Part shown: piece by piece, positions 1 through 11,164 of the stretch | How positions within the stretch are numbered: the first letter of the stretch is position 1 | Layout of the letters: every line of letters begins with the position of its first letter | Program-made: the position numbers and the translations under genes | Assembly: GCA_963767925.1 (NCBI GenBank) | Contig: CAVYGB010000008.1 | Coordinates: forward strand, 1,472,001 to 1,536,000 | Direction of reading: 5' to 3' | Source of the DNA: an uncultured delta proteobacterium | GTDB taxonomy: Bacteria > Myxococcota_A > Polyangia > Fen-1088 | Length of the DNA stretch: 64,000 nt | Notes under the pieces: model-generated | Seen by the model: the letters and a program-made list of their open reading frames with translations, nothing else | Databases searched by the model: none | Told to the model about the DNA's origin: nothing

Positions 1-57
1 AGCACAGGGCTCGGGCCGTCAAGGAGGCCGGGCGCAATCCCCAGGCTGGCCGGCCAG

Positions 58-1908
58 TTACACCGGCAAACCCACCAGCTTCATGAGCGCCAGGGCGTTG
101 CCGCGCGACACAACCCCCGGCCGCAGGCGGTAGTCGAAGCTGAGCCGGCCCTCCTCGATCACGTCCTCGAAGTGCACGTTTTTCGCGGCCGCTCGCAGGT
201 CGTCCACGATGCGCGCGAGCGTCAGGTCGTGGGTGGTGACCAGCCCGATCGACCCCCGCGACACGAGGGCCTGCACGATGGCGGTGGCGCCGGCGAACCG
301 ATCCTGAGAGTTGGTCCCGTGCAAGATCTCGTCGAGCAGGAACAGCGTGAGGGGCGACCGCTCGCTGAGGGCCACGATGCTCCGCAGCCGCTGGATCTCG
401 GCGAAGAAGCGGGAGACCCCCGCCTGCAGCGAATCGACCGTGCGCAGGCTGGCCCCTACCCGCAGGTAAGAGAGCCGGGCCTGGGTGGCGACAACCGGCG
501 CTCCCGCCAGCGCCATGACCGTCGCGGTGCCAACCGTGCGCAGCAGGGTGCTCTTGCCCGACATGTTCGATCCGGTGACGAGCCAGAGGCGGGTGGCGGG
601 GTCGAGCCGGACATCGTTGGCCACCCGGGTGGCTCCAGGCAGGAGGGGATGGGCCAGATCGCGGCCCTCGAACAGAGGGCCCTCGCCGTCGGCGACGATC
701 TCGGGGAACGGCTGCTCCGGGTGCTCGAAGGCGTAGGTGGCGAGCGAGGCGAGCGCCTCGAGCTCCCCGATGGTCTCCAGCCAGCCCGCCGCCGCCGCTC
801 CGTGCCGGCTCCGCCAGGCCTCGATGGCGAAGGCGAGCTGGGTCGTCACGAGCAGGGGGGCCGAGAGGAGGGCGTAAAACGGGTTGCGGCGCGATTCGAA
901 CCACTCCACCCGCCGGCCGAGGGCCAGCACGCGCTGCCGGGCGCTGACCCCCTGCGAGCGCAGGCTCTCCTGCAGGGCGAGCAGGCGCCGGCTGGCGAAG
1001 CGTTCGCGCTCGAGCAACCCGGCCAGGGCCGCCACCGCGGCCAGCTCATCGGCCCGGTGCTGGACGCCGGCGCCCACGTCCGCCACCAGCCGACGGTGGG
1101 GCTGGGTGAAGATGAGCTCGGCGAGCAGGATCCCGAGGGCCCAGAACACCTCGCCGGCGATCACCAGCGCGGCCAGGGCAGCCAGGGCAGCCGCCGCCAG
1201 CAGCGGCGCCAGCAGGCGGGCCCAGCGGCTGACCGGCCGGGCGGGGGTCGCCAGCCAGGCCCCCAGGACCTCGGTCCGGACCTCCAGGCTCATGGTGCCG
1301 GCCGCGCGCCAGAGCTCTTCGCGCAGGTCGGGACGGCCTCGCAGCTCGGCCACCGCCTCCTGGCGGAGTCGGATCTCGTCGGCCGGCGCCCCCTCGCACA
1401 GCCAGGCGGCCAGCCGGCGCTGGCCGGTCGAGGTGCGGGCGGTGCACAGCAGGGCGAACAGCGACTGGGGGCCGAAGATGTCCAGGTCGGCGGCGTAGGG
1501 GTGATCGGGTGGCTCGAAAGCGCGCCCGTCCGACACGACCGCCTCCCAGCTCCCGGCCAGTCGGGCCAGCCCTGCCTGGTAATACCGTTCGGCCTCGGTG
1601 GCCCGGGCGATGGCCCCCGCCGCCTTGCCCACCGCGACGGACAGGGCGACGACCAGGACCAGGGCCACCAGCACGGCCGCGGTCGATCCCCCACGCGCGC
1701 CACACCGCTCGTAGGCCGTGCCGGCCAGGAGCAGCAGGGCCCCCAGGCGGGCCCAGGCCACGATGTCGTGCACCCGCTGGGCCTTCCGGCGCGAGCGGCC
1801 CCAGCGGACGAGCCGCTCCTCGTAGGCGGGCCGAGGCGACGAAGGCGGCGCGGAAGGAGGTGAGGAAGGGGATGAGGAAGAGGGCGAAGGCAGGGCCGGC
1901 GACGACAT
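58..1908 (-). CDS. Membrane-associated MutS-family ATPase (domain V only, N-terminal TM helices)
   Basis: Walker A GSNMSGKSTLLR, SRFFAEI, Walker B LLDEILHGTNS and TTHD. Hydrophobic stretches in the N-terminal half. No mismatch-binding domain is apparent. Confidence 0.85.
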   Translation of the reverse strand: MSSPALPSPSSSSPSSPPSAPPSSPRPAYEERLVRWGRSRRKAQRVHDIVAWARLGALLLLAGTAYERCGARGGSTAAVLVALVLVVALSVAVGKAAGAIARATEAERYYQAGLARLAGSWEAVVSDGRAFEPPDHPYAADLDIFGPQSLFALLCTARTSTGQRRLAAWLCEGAPADEIRLRQEAVAELRGRPDLREELWRAAGTMSLEVRTEVLGAWLATPARPVSRWARLLAPLLAAAALAALAALVIAGEVFWALGILLAELIFTQPHRRLVADVGAGVQHRADELAAVAALAGLLERERFASRRLLALQESLRSQGVSARQRVLALGRRVEWFESRRNPFYALLSAPLLVTTQLAFAIEAWRSRHGAAAAGWLETIGELEALASLATYAFEHPEQPFPEIVADGEGPLFEGRDLAHPLLPGATRVANDVRLDPATRLWLVTGSNMSGKSTLLRTVGTATVMALAGAPVVATQARLSYLRVGASLRTVDSLQAGVSRFFAEIQRLRSIVALSERSPLTLFLLDEILHGTNSQDRFAGATAIVQALVSRGSIGLVTTHDLTLARIVDDLRAAAKNVHFEDVIEEGRLSFDYRLRPGVVSRGNALALMKLVGLPV

Positions 1909-1932
1909 CGCCGCCAGTTATATGCGAGATTG

Positions 1933-4533
1933 CTACTGGCAGACGCCGTTGCGGCAGGTGGTGCCACCGGCGCAGGCCTGGCCGCAGGCCCCGCAGTGGC
2001 TGTTGCCGGAGGCCAGGTTCACGCAGGACCCCGAGCACTCGGCCTGCCCGGCGGCGCAGGTCGAGCAGCAGCGGAAGCCCGCGTCCAGGAAGGAGTAGTC
2101 CTCGGCGAAGGCCAGGAGGCTCGAGTCGCAGCGGAGCGCCGGCTGGTAGTTGTTGAACGAGCCACCCCGCAGGATGAAGATCCGCTTGCCCCCCACGGTG
2201 CCGTTCTGCTGGCTGGTCCACTCGGCCACGTTGCCGCTCATGTCGAAGAGGGAGGTGCCGCCCACCGTGGTGCAGGTGGTCTCGCTGCCGCCGGCCACCG
2301 CCCCCGACCGGCCCTTCTCGGCGCCGTTGCACCGGTCCTCGTCGAACGCGCAGCCGTAGGGGAAGTAGTCGGCGGTGCAAGCCTGGCTCCCCTTGCAGCC
2401 GGCGGTCCACTCGGCGGCCGTGCACAGGCGCATGCCGATGCGCTCGCAAGCGGTCTGGGCCTGGCTCTGGTTGACCAGCGTCCAGGGGACCACCGCGGCC
2501 CGCGAGCAGGGGCGGGCCGAGCTGGCGCCTTGACCGCTACCGCTGGCGTCGACCCGGCTGGCCTCGTACCGGAAGATGTAGGAGGCCCCCACCTGGGCCA
2601 GGTCCTCCCGGACGCCGCGGCAGTCGAGGCCCGAACACTTGGTGAAGGCGGCCAGGTTGGGGTTGTCCCAGCTCTCGTCGATCAGCCCGTCGCAGTCGTT
2701 GTCCTTGCCGTCGCAGGTCTCGTGGGCGGGCGACTTCACAGCCACCCCCGTGAAGTCGCAGGCGGTGTCGGCCTGGACATTGGCCTGGCAGCGGTGGACG
2801 CCCTGGCGCCGGCACTCGCCCACCCCCGTGCTCTCCTCGCAGGTCGTTCCGGGGCGGTTGCTGGTGTGCTCATCGGTGGCCCCGTCGCAGTCGTTGTCCT
2901 TGGTGTCGCAGATCGACTCCTGGGTGACGATCTGGTTGGGGCTGCCCGCCACGGTCTGCACGGTGGCGGGATAGTTACAGATCCAGTCCGGGCGGGTGGC
3001 GCCGGAGGGGGTCGCGCAGACCGGGTAGCTGGCGGCGCTGCCATAGCGGGTCGACCCGCCCGGCCCCTTGCCACACTCGCCGAGCTGCGAGCAGAAGTTC
3101 GTGGTTGGGTACTGCAGGTCGGGATCGTCGGCGTCGGTCTTGCCGTCGCAGTCGTTGTCCCGGCCGTCGCAGACCTCGACCCCTTCGCTGGTGCAGGCGT
3201 ATTCACACCCGTCGGCGACGACCCCGTTGGCGTCGGCCCAGCCCTGGTCGCAGGGGCCCCGCCGGCAGGCCCCGCTCTGGCACAGGGCGATGGCGTTGGG
3301 GTATTCGCACCGGGTGCTGCAGCTCCCGCAGAAGCGGGGGTCGTTCTGCTTGTCGAACCCCTCGTCGGTGGTGCCGTCGCAGTCGTTGTCGGTGTTGTCG
3401 CAGGTCTCGTTGCTGGGGGTCGCCATGCCCTGGCAGGCGAGGCGGCCGGCGCTGCAGGTCCAGCTCCCCAGGCGGCAGGGGCTGGTGCAGGTGCCGGCGT
3501 TGACGTCACAGCCCGTGACCCCCACCGGGTAACAGCTCGTCCCCAGGAAGGGGTCCTCCTCGTCGGTGGTGCCGTCGCAGTCGTTGTCCTTGCCGTCACA
3601 TACCTCGGTCCCGGGCGTGCCCGCCCCCACGCAGAGCAGACCGCCGTTGATGCACATGCGGGTGCCCTGCCGGCACTCCCCCGAGCCGCCCGGCATGCCG
3701 CCGCAGGCCCCACCGGCGTCGCTGGTCACGCCGTCGATGGTGCCGTCGCAGTTGTTGTCCGCCCCGTCGCAGATCTCGACCCCGCCGTTGCTGGGCGAGC
3801 AGCGATATTCGCAGCCATCGCCGGCCTCCTCGTTGAGGTCGAGGTAACCGGCCTGGCACAGGCCCATCTGACAGGTGCCGCTCGCGCAGCTCGCCGCCGC
3901 CTGGAAGAAGCTGCAGCTCCGGAAGCAGCCCCCGCAGTGGGTGAGGTCGCTCGCGAAGTCGAAGTCCTCGTCGACAGTGCCGTCGCAGTCGTTGTCCGCC
4001 CCGTCGCAGATCTCGACCGCCCCGTTGGTGTAGAGACACTCGCAGCCGTTTTGCGGGTTGTGGTCGGCGTCGGCGTAGCCCTGGAAACAGGTGCCCAGCG
4101 CGCACTGGCCGGCCTGGCAGGCCGGGAAGGCGTGCACGAAGCTGCAGCTCCCCCCACACCGGCCACAGTTCGACGGATCGGTCTGGAGGTCGAAGCCGTC
4201 GTCGGCCACCCCGTCGCAGTCGTCGTCGAGCCCGTTGCAGATCTCGTCGCGGGGCAGGGGACAGGCCCCCCCGGTGCCGCCGGTCCCCTGGCCGCCGCTC
4301 CCGCCCGTCCCGGGGCCGCCGCCCGTGCCACCCGTGCCCCCGGTCCCCCCGTCGGGCCCGGCGCCGCCCGCGCCGCCGCTGCCGCCCGAGCCGCCGAGGT
4401 TGAAGCCGCCCGTGCCCCCGGTGCTCTGGCCCCCCTCTCCGCCCGAGCCGGTGGGGCTCTGACGGACCTCGATGCTCCGCACCTCGCAGGAGACCAGCAG
4501 GACCAGCGCCGCCGCCAGACCGGCGCGGCTCAT
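1933..4533 (-). CDS. Cys-rich lipoprotein with about 8 MopE-like E-x-C-D-G-x-D-N-D-C-D-G repeats and a C-terminal FGE-sulfatase (SUMF1-like) domain
   Basis: Start re-placed at ATG 4533 (MSRAGLAAALVLLVSC, lipobox), overlapping the upstream stop as ATGA. Gly/Thr linker. FGE motifs RLCTAAEW, DMSGNVAEW, RGGSF and GFRCC. Confidence 0.8.
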   Translation of the reverse strand: MSRAGLAAALVLLVSCEVRSIEVRQSPTGSGGEGGQSTGGTGGFNLGGSGGSGGAGGAGPDGGTGGTGGTGGGPGTGGSGGQGTGGTGGACPLPRDEICNGLDDDCDGVADDGFDLQTDPSNCGRCGGSCSFVHAFPACQAGQCALGTCFQGYADADHNPQNGCECLYTNGAVEICDGADNDCDGTVDEDFDFASDLTHCGGCFRSCSFFQAAASCASGTCQMGLCQAGYLDLNEEAGDGCEYRCSPSNGGVEICDGADNNCDGTIDGVTSDAGGACGGMPGGSGECRQGTRMCINGGLLCVGAGTPGTEVCDGKDNDCDGTTDEEDPFLGTSCYPVGVTGCDVNAGTCTSPCRLGSWTCSAGRLACQGMATPSNETCDNTDNDCDGTTDEGFDKQNDPRFCGSCSTRCEYPNAIALCQSGACRRGPCDQGWADANGVVADGCEYACTSEGVEVCDGRDNDCDGKTDADDPDLQYPTTNFCSQLGECGKGPGGSTRYGSAASYPVCATPSGATRPDWICNYPATVQTVAGSPNQIVTQESICDTKDNDCDGATDEHTSNRPGTTCEESTGVGECRRQGVHRCQANVQADTACDFTGVAVKSPAHETCDGKDNDCDGLIDESWDNPNLAAFTKCSGLDCRGVREDLAQVGASYIFRYEASRVDASGSGQGASSARPCSRAAVVPWTLVNQSQAQTACERIGMRLCTAAEWTAGCKGSQACTADYFPYGCAFDEDRCNGAEKGRSGAVAGGSETTCTTVGGTSLFDMSGNVAEWTSQQNGTVGGKRIFILRGGSFNNYQPALRCDSSLLAFAEDYSFLDAGFRCCSTCAAGQAECSGSCVNLASGNSHCGACGQACAGGTTCRNGVCQ

Positions 4534-7500
4534 CGGCGGGCACCCCCACGCAGCGCCCGGCGCCAGCGCCGCCACCTCCCCCGCAGGCCGGCCAGGCCGG
4601 CCAGGGCGAGCAGCCACCCTCCCGCCCCCGGCTCCACCCCTGGCGACCGCCCCAGATCGCAGGTGCAGCTCACCCCCCCGCCCGAGGCGGAGAACGTCTT
4701 CACCGCCCCCGAGACGGTCGGATCGAAGAAGCACTGGGCGGTCCCGCTCGGCGAGACCCGGCAGGTGTCGCCATACGGACAGCGCGTGACGAGGCAGGGA
4801 TCCTCCTCGCAGGCGCCCGACTCCTTGAGGCAGACCATCCCGATCATGCACTGGACGCCCTCGCAGCCCGAGGCCTTGCAGATCCCGTCGGCGGGATCGC
4901 AGTAGTCGCTCCCGTTGCAGGTGACGTTCGCGCAGGCGTCGCGCACGCAGGCCCCCTCCTCACAGCGCTGCCCGGACGGACAGGAGCTGGGGCAGGCCTT
5001 CACGCAGGCCCCCTCGCGGCAGTAGCTGCCGCCCTCGCAGCTCACCTGGTAGCAGGGGTCCGGCTCGCAGTCGTGGACCCGGCAGATCTCCCCGTCCTTG
5101 CAGTTGCGGCGGGTGTGGCAGTCGTGGCAGAGGCCCGCCTCGCAGGTGGTGCCCGATGGGCAGCTCACCGCCGCGCAGGGATCGGCGCAGACCCCCTCGG
5201 CGTTGCAGGTCTGGCCGGTCTGGCAGGGGTTGTCGGCGCAGGCCTTGCGCACGCAGTACCCCTCGCGGCACAGGCGGTCGGCGGGGCAGCGCTGCGTCTC
5301 CTCGAGCTTGCAGGCCGGCAGGCACTCCCCGGTCATGCAGGTGGCCCCGGCGGCGCACTCGGCGCCCGTGTCGACCACGCCGTCGCAGTCGTTGTCCTTG
5401 CCGTCGCAGATCTCGGGCTGGGGGCCGATCCCGCCCCGGCACTCCCAGCCACGCGCCCCGGCGCAGATGCGCTGGCCGGGCCGGCACTCCCCCAGCAAGG
5501 GGCCGGCGGGCACCCCGAGCGGCCGGCACTCCTCGCCCGTCCCGGGCAGGTTCTCGTCGACGCTGCCGTTGCAGTTGTTGTCCAGGCCATCGCAGACCTC
5601 GTCGCTGGGCCCGACCGGCGTGCAGACCAGGGTGCCCTCCACGCAGCGGGTGGTCCCCTGGCGGCACTCGCCGACCTGGCTGCCGCACAGGGCGCCCACC
5701 CCCGGCAGGGGGTCCTCGTCCACGAACCCGTCGCAGTCGTTGTCGTCGCCGTCGCAGACCTCGTCGCCGGGCGTTGCCGACCCGACGTTGCACACCGTCC
5801 CGGTCCCCACCGAGTTGCAGATCTTCTTGCCCACCTTGCGGCAGGCGCCCTGCACGCCGTTGTCGCACTCGGCGCCCACGTCGAACCCCTCGTCGGTCAT
5901 CCCGTCGCAGTCGTTGTCCTTGCCGTCGCAGACCTCGGCGCTGGGCGTGACCGCGTCCAGACAGCTCGGGGCGCCGGTGTTGACGTCGCAGACCAGCTTG
6001 CCCGTGCGACACTCCCCCACGCAGGTCCAGGTGCTGCCCGATCCGGTGCAGCCCACGACCCCCGCTGGATAACAGGAATCGTTGGGCGTGGGGTCGTTCT
6101 CGTCGACGAGGCCGTCGCAGTTGTTGTCCCTCTTGTCGCAGGGGACCTCGGCGATGGGGCTGATCGAGCCGAGGCAGACGCTCTGGTCCCAGCTCCCCAT
6201 CACGCAGGCCTGCAGCCCGGCCTGGCACTGGCCCTTGCAGTCGTAGCTGCGGGTGGCGGGGTTGTAGGTGCAGCCCATGAACCCGAGGGGGAAGCAGATG
6301 CGGGAGGCCAGGTCGTCGACGATGCCGTTGCAGTTGTCGTCGAGGTTGTTGCAGTCCTCCGCTTCGGGCCCGGTGGCTCCCTGGCAAACCAGGCTGGCGC
6401 CCCCCATCCCGTCCGACAGGCAGCTCGCCGTGCCCGGGCGGCAGATGCCGATGTCGAGGCCACAGCTCCCCATCGGGATGTCGTCGACCATGTTGTTGCA
6501 GTCGTCGTCCCGCCCGTTGCAGATCTCCGGCGTGCAGGCACAGGAGAGCCCCTCGTCGATCTGACCGTCGCAGTCGTCGTCGGCGCAGTCCTCGGGCGTG
6601 GGGGCGTTGCAGACCCCGGGCGCCACCCCACATTGCTCCATCACGCCGGTCCCCGGCGTCAGGGGGGTGGCCGGGCAGATGCTGGCCGCGGTCGACGAGC
6701 AGACGGTACCGTCTTCTCCGGAGTTGCAGGCGTAAACGCCGGTGCGCTTGCAGCGCCCCAGGCCCACGCTGCAGGTCAGCCCCTTGTCGGGAAAGGCGGT
6801 GGCCTCCTCGTCGCAGGTGCTGTCGCAGTCGCAGGCCGCCCGGGGCAGGGAGCGGGCCACGATGTCGGCCAGCGAGGCGGTCAACTCGGCCCGGTTGGCG
6901 GCGGCGTAGGCCTGGGTGGTGCCGCCCGCCGCCGCGATGGCGTTGAGCCGGGTGCGCTGGGACGAGGAGACGCCAAAGCCGATCACGTAGACGTTGACGC
7001 TGCTGGTGCCGTCCGGCGACCCGCCGATCTCGCAGCGCCCGTCGGTGGTGTCCCAGGTCCCCCCGTTGGTGCAGGTCCGCCGCAGGGCGGTCGCTGCCCC
7101 GGGAGGGTCGCCGCAGCAGGACTCGTCACCGTCGGTGAGCAGGATGACGTTGTATTGCCGGCACGATGCCCGCGCGTCGGAGAAGGCGTGGCCCGCCAGC
7201 AGGGGCCCCGACTGGGGGCCGGTCGAGCTGGTGGCGGTGGTGAGCCACTCCCGCATCGAGTCGAGCGAGCTGGCCAGGGGGGTGCCCAGGTCGGCGTGCA
7301 GCTCGGGATCGGGGTTGGAGATGGCGAAGGGCGGCGTCCCGTTGGTGCCGTTCATCCAGCGAAACATCTCCGAGTAGTTGCTGCCACCCGCCCCCGGGAA
7401 GGGGACCAGCACCTCGCCCGCCTTGCAGGCCGGGTGAAAGCAGCCCTGGCCGGCGGTGCAATTGGCCGCGGAGATCCCCCGGCACGCGGTGGAGCGGTAG

Positions 7501-7993
7501 AGGATGCGGTTGTTGAAGGGGGTCTTGCAGGTCAGCGCGCTGCAACCGCTGCCCGTGCAGGCGTAGTGGCTGGCCGAGTAGACGCAGGCCCCACTGACGC
7601 AGGTGACGCCGCTCCAGACCGAGCCGGTGGCAGGATCTTGGGGCAGTCGGCGGTCGCGGTGCAGGCCTGCCCCAGGTTGATGCCGGTGAACCGGGCCAGG
7701 GCGAACTCCGCCGAGCCGAAGGCGGCGATGGTGTCGGCGATGGCGCCCTTGGCCTGATAGAGACGACTATCCCCGTAGGGGTAGGTTCCGCTGGGCGCCG
7801 CCGGGCTCCGGTCGCAGCCCTCGTGGTCGGTCGAGCCGTCACCATAGGTGTCGACGCTGCTGGGATCTTCGGCCATCGAGGACGACGTGTCCACGATCAG
7901 CACGAACCGCGGCTTGACGGCCTGAGCCCACGCGATGTGGGAGGTGCCCCAGCCCAGCCCGACCAGGACCACGAAGATAAGCAAACGCCTCAT
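4530..7993 (-). CDS. Large secreted vWA (CglB-like) protein with MopE-like and Cys-rich repeats and a MYXO-CTERM-type tail; 1-nt frameshift near 7637-7641
   Basis: Signal peptide MRRLLIFVV...AWA, MIDAS DTSSS and LLTDGDESC. Shifting frame at ...TGC CCC AA|GAT CCT... gives a continuous Cys-rich reading into ORF 4530..7412. The C-terminus is GGVSCTC-linker-WLLALAGLAGL-RGRWRRWRR. Confidence 0.75.
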
Positions 7994-8152
7994 CAGAATC
8001 CTGCCCTTCCGAGAGCCCAGATAGGGCTCCGCCCGCGAGTCCAGCCCCCGGCCCATCGACCGGCCCCGCGAGAAACCTGAGGGCCGGGCGGCCTCTCAGG
8101 AAGCGCTCCCCACCTGCCGAGAACACTCGCCGGGGCATCCGCAGAACCGCCC

Positions 8153-8650
8153 ATGCACGCCGAAACACTCAGCGCATGGCTCAACGACTTCTCCGACCTT
8201 CACGTTCGGGCGAAGCAGGGCACCTTGACCGGCCAGCAGCTCGAGGAGTACGTCCGCGCACGTGAGGAGCTGGCCGAGGCGCTCCTGCTCTCCCAGAAGG
8301 CGAGCGCCCACCCCGAGATGGAGCTGCGGCGCGCCCTGCGGGTGGCCCAGGCGCTGCCGGTGGAGCTGGAGATGGCCCGCGGCCGCACCATGGCGATCAC
8401 GCTGGACCTGAGCTCGGGTGGGTTCTCCACCCTCCTGTCCGACGCACCCGAGGTGGGGACCACCATGGGGTTCAAGCTGCGGCTGGGCCGGGGCCTGGCG
8501 CCGGTCACCGGCCGGGCCCGCATCGTCAACGCCGTCCCCCAGACCGGGGCCTTCCGCGTCGGCTTTTACTTCGACGAGGTCCCCAGCGAGGACCGCGAAC
8601 GGGTCGACTACGTTGTCGTCGACGCCGTCCTCAAGCAGTTCGGCCGCTGA
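8153..8650 (+). CDS. PilZ domain protein (c-di-GMP receptor)
   Basis: RxxxR (RRALR) and DxSxxG (DLSSGG) motifs followed by a beta-rich region ending in GFYF. Confidence 0.8.
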   Translation: MHAETLSAWLNDFSDLHVRAKQGTLTGQQLEEYVRAREELAEALLLSQKASAHPEMELRRALRVAQALPVELEMARGRTMAITLDLSSGGFSTLLSDAPEVGTTMGFKLRLGRGLAPVTGRARIVNAVPQTGAFRVGFYFDEVPSEDRERVDYVVVDAVLKQFGR

Positions 8651-8714
8651 AACGGAGCGTCTCGCCGCGCGGGGAGGGTGCGCCCGGACGGTGTCCGCGT
8701 TAAGGTCTGCCCCG

Positions 8715-9400
8715 ATGTCCCAGCGCGCTCCCGCCGCCGTGCTCTTCGATCTCGACGGCACCCTCGTCCACTCCGAGCCGGTCAACGTCGAGTCGGTGGT
8801 CCTGGCGGTCCGCCGCTGGGGCGGCGAGCTCGACGCCGAGGACCGCCAGTTCGTGGTCGGACACTCCTGGAACGAGATCCACCAGCGGCTGGTCGGGCGC
8901 CTCGGCCTACCCGTCGACATGGACACGCTCATCCTGGCCGCGGTCGAGGAGAAGCGGGCCCTCATCAAGGACAGCGGCCTGCCCGAGCTGCCCGGCGCGG
9001 TCGAGGCCGTGCGGCGGCTGGGCAGCCGCTCGCCCCTGGCGGTGGTCTCGGGCGCCAGCCGGGTCGAGGTGGAGGAGGCCATCGACGGCCTCGGCCTGCG
9101 CAGCCACTTCGCCTTCCTGCTGGGCGCCGAGGACTACCAGCGGGGCAAGCCGGACCCCGAGCCGTACCGCCGGGCCATCGAGCGGCTGGGGGTGCCCGGC
9201 CAGCGGCTGTGTGGTGATCGAGGACGCCAGCCCCGGGCATCCGGTCGGCCCGGGCGGCCGGGACCCGGGTGGTGGCGGTCCGGGCGGGCAACTTCTCCGG
9301 CTACGACCTCTCCCTGGCCGACGTCGTCGTCGATACCCTGGACGAGGTCACCCACGACCTCTGCGCCCGACTGGTCCTGCCCGAGCAGATTTCGCGCTAA
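8715..9400 (+). CDS. HAD-family phosphatase (beta-PGM-like); frameshifts near 9205 and 9237
   Basis: Motifs FDLDGTLV, VVSG and GKPDPEPY, then VIEDA..GIRSARAAG in shifted frames. Stop TAA at 9398-9400. Confidence 0.8.
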
Positions 9401-9409
9401 GATCGGGGG

Positions 9410-10349
9410 GTGTTCGAGCACCTGCCGCCTGAAGTCACGCTCTACGAGGTGGGGCCTCGGGACGGTCTGCAGAACGAGTCGCGCCTGATCCCCACCACCG
9501 ACAAGGTGGCGCTCGTCGATGCGCTGTCGGGGACCGGCCTGCGCGCCATCGAGGTGACCAGCTTCGTCAATCCCAAGTGGATCCCGCAGCTCGCCGACGC
9601 CGTCGAGGTCGCCTCCCGGATCAAGCGCCGCGAGGGGGTGACCTATTCGGCGCTGGTCCCCAACCGGCAGGGGCTCGAGTCGGCCCTGCAGGCCGGCATG
9701 ACGGAGATCGCCGTCTTCCTGTCGGCCTCCGAGACCCACAACAAGAAGAACGTCAACAAGACCATCGCCGCCACCCTCGACGCCTTCCGCGAGACCATCC
9801 CCCCGGCGCTCGAGCGCGGGCTGAAGGTCCGCGCCTACGTCTCGACCGTCTACGGCTGCCCCTACGAGGGGGCGGTCGATCCCGGCAAGGCGCTGGAGCT
9901 GTGCCGGGCGCTGCGGGCGCTGGGCTGCTACCAGATCTCGCTCGGCGACACCATCGGGGTGGCCAATCCCCGGCAGGTGCGCGACGTGCTGTCGCGCGTG
10001 CTCGCCGAGACCCCCGCCGCCGACGTCGCGGTGCACTTCCACGACACCCGGGGCACCGCCCTGGCCAACATCCTCGTGTCGGTGGAGATGGGCATCACCA
10101 CCGTCGATGCGGCGCTGGGCGGCCTGGGCGGCTGCCCCTACGCCCCGGGCGCCTCGGGCAACGTCGCCACCGAAGACGTCGTCTACATGCTCGAGGGCAT
10201 GGGGGTGCGGACCGGGGTCGATCTCGACAAGCTGATCGACTGCTCGCCGGCTGGCCTCGTCGCTGGTCGGGCACGAGATGCCGTCCAAGTATTACCGGGC
10301 CGCCATGGGCGCCCGGCAGCGCTCGGCTTCCCGAACGGGGGCGGGCGCG

Positions 10350-10353
<4 letters not shown>
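9410..10353 (+). CDS. hmgL: Hydroxymethylglutaryl-CoA lyase; frameshift near 10245, 3' end approximate
   Basis: EVGPRDGLQNE, HFHDTRG and GGLGGCPYAPGASGNVATED. Confidence 0.9.
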
Positions 10354-11153
<800 letters not shown>

Positions 11154-11164
11154 AATGTCGGTCG

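Noticed and set aside
2060..2200. FGE-sulfatase C-terminus as a diversity-generating retroelement target
   Set aside because: I saw no reverse transcriptase and no second near-identical template repeat in the window. An element acting from elsewhere in the genome cannot be excluded.
2687..6600. CRISPR-like recurring repeats of about 30 nt
   Set aside because: Spacing is irregular and long, the repeats are in-frame coding motifs (CDGxDNDCDG), and there are no cas genes.
1930..7757. Long plus-strand ORFs of 991 aa and 894 aa, and many similar antisense ORFs across the window
   Set aside because: These are shadow ORFs of high-GC3 genes. They have no motifs and overlap well-supported genes on the other strand.
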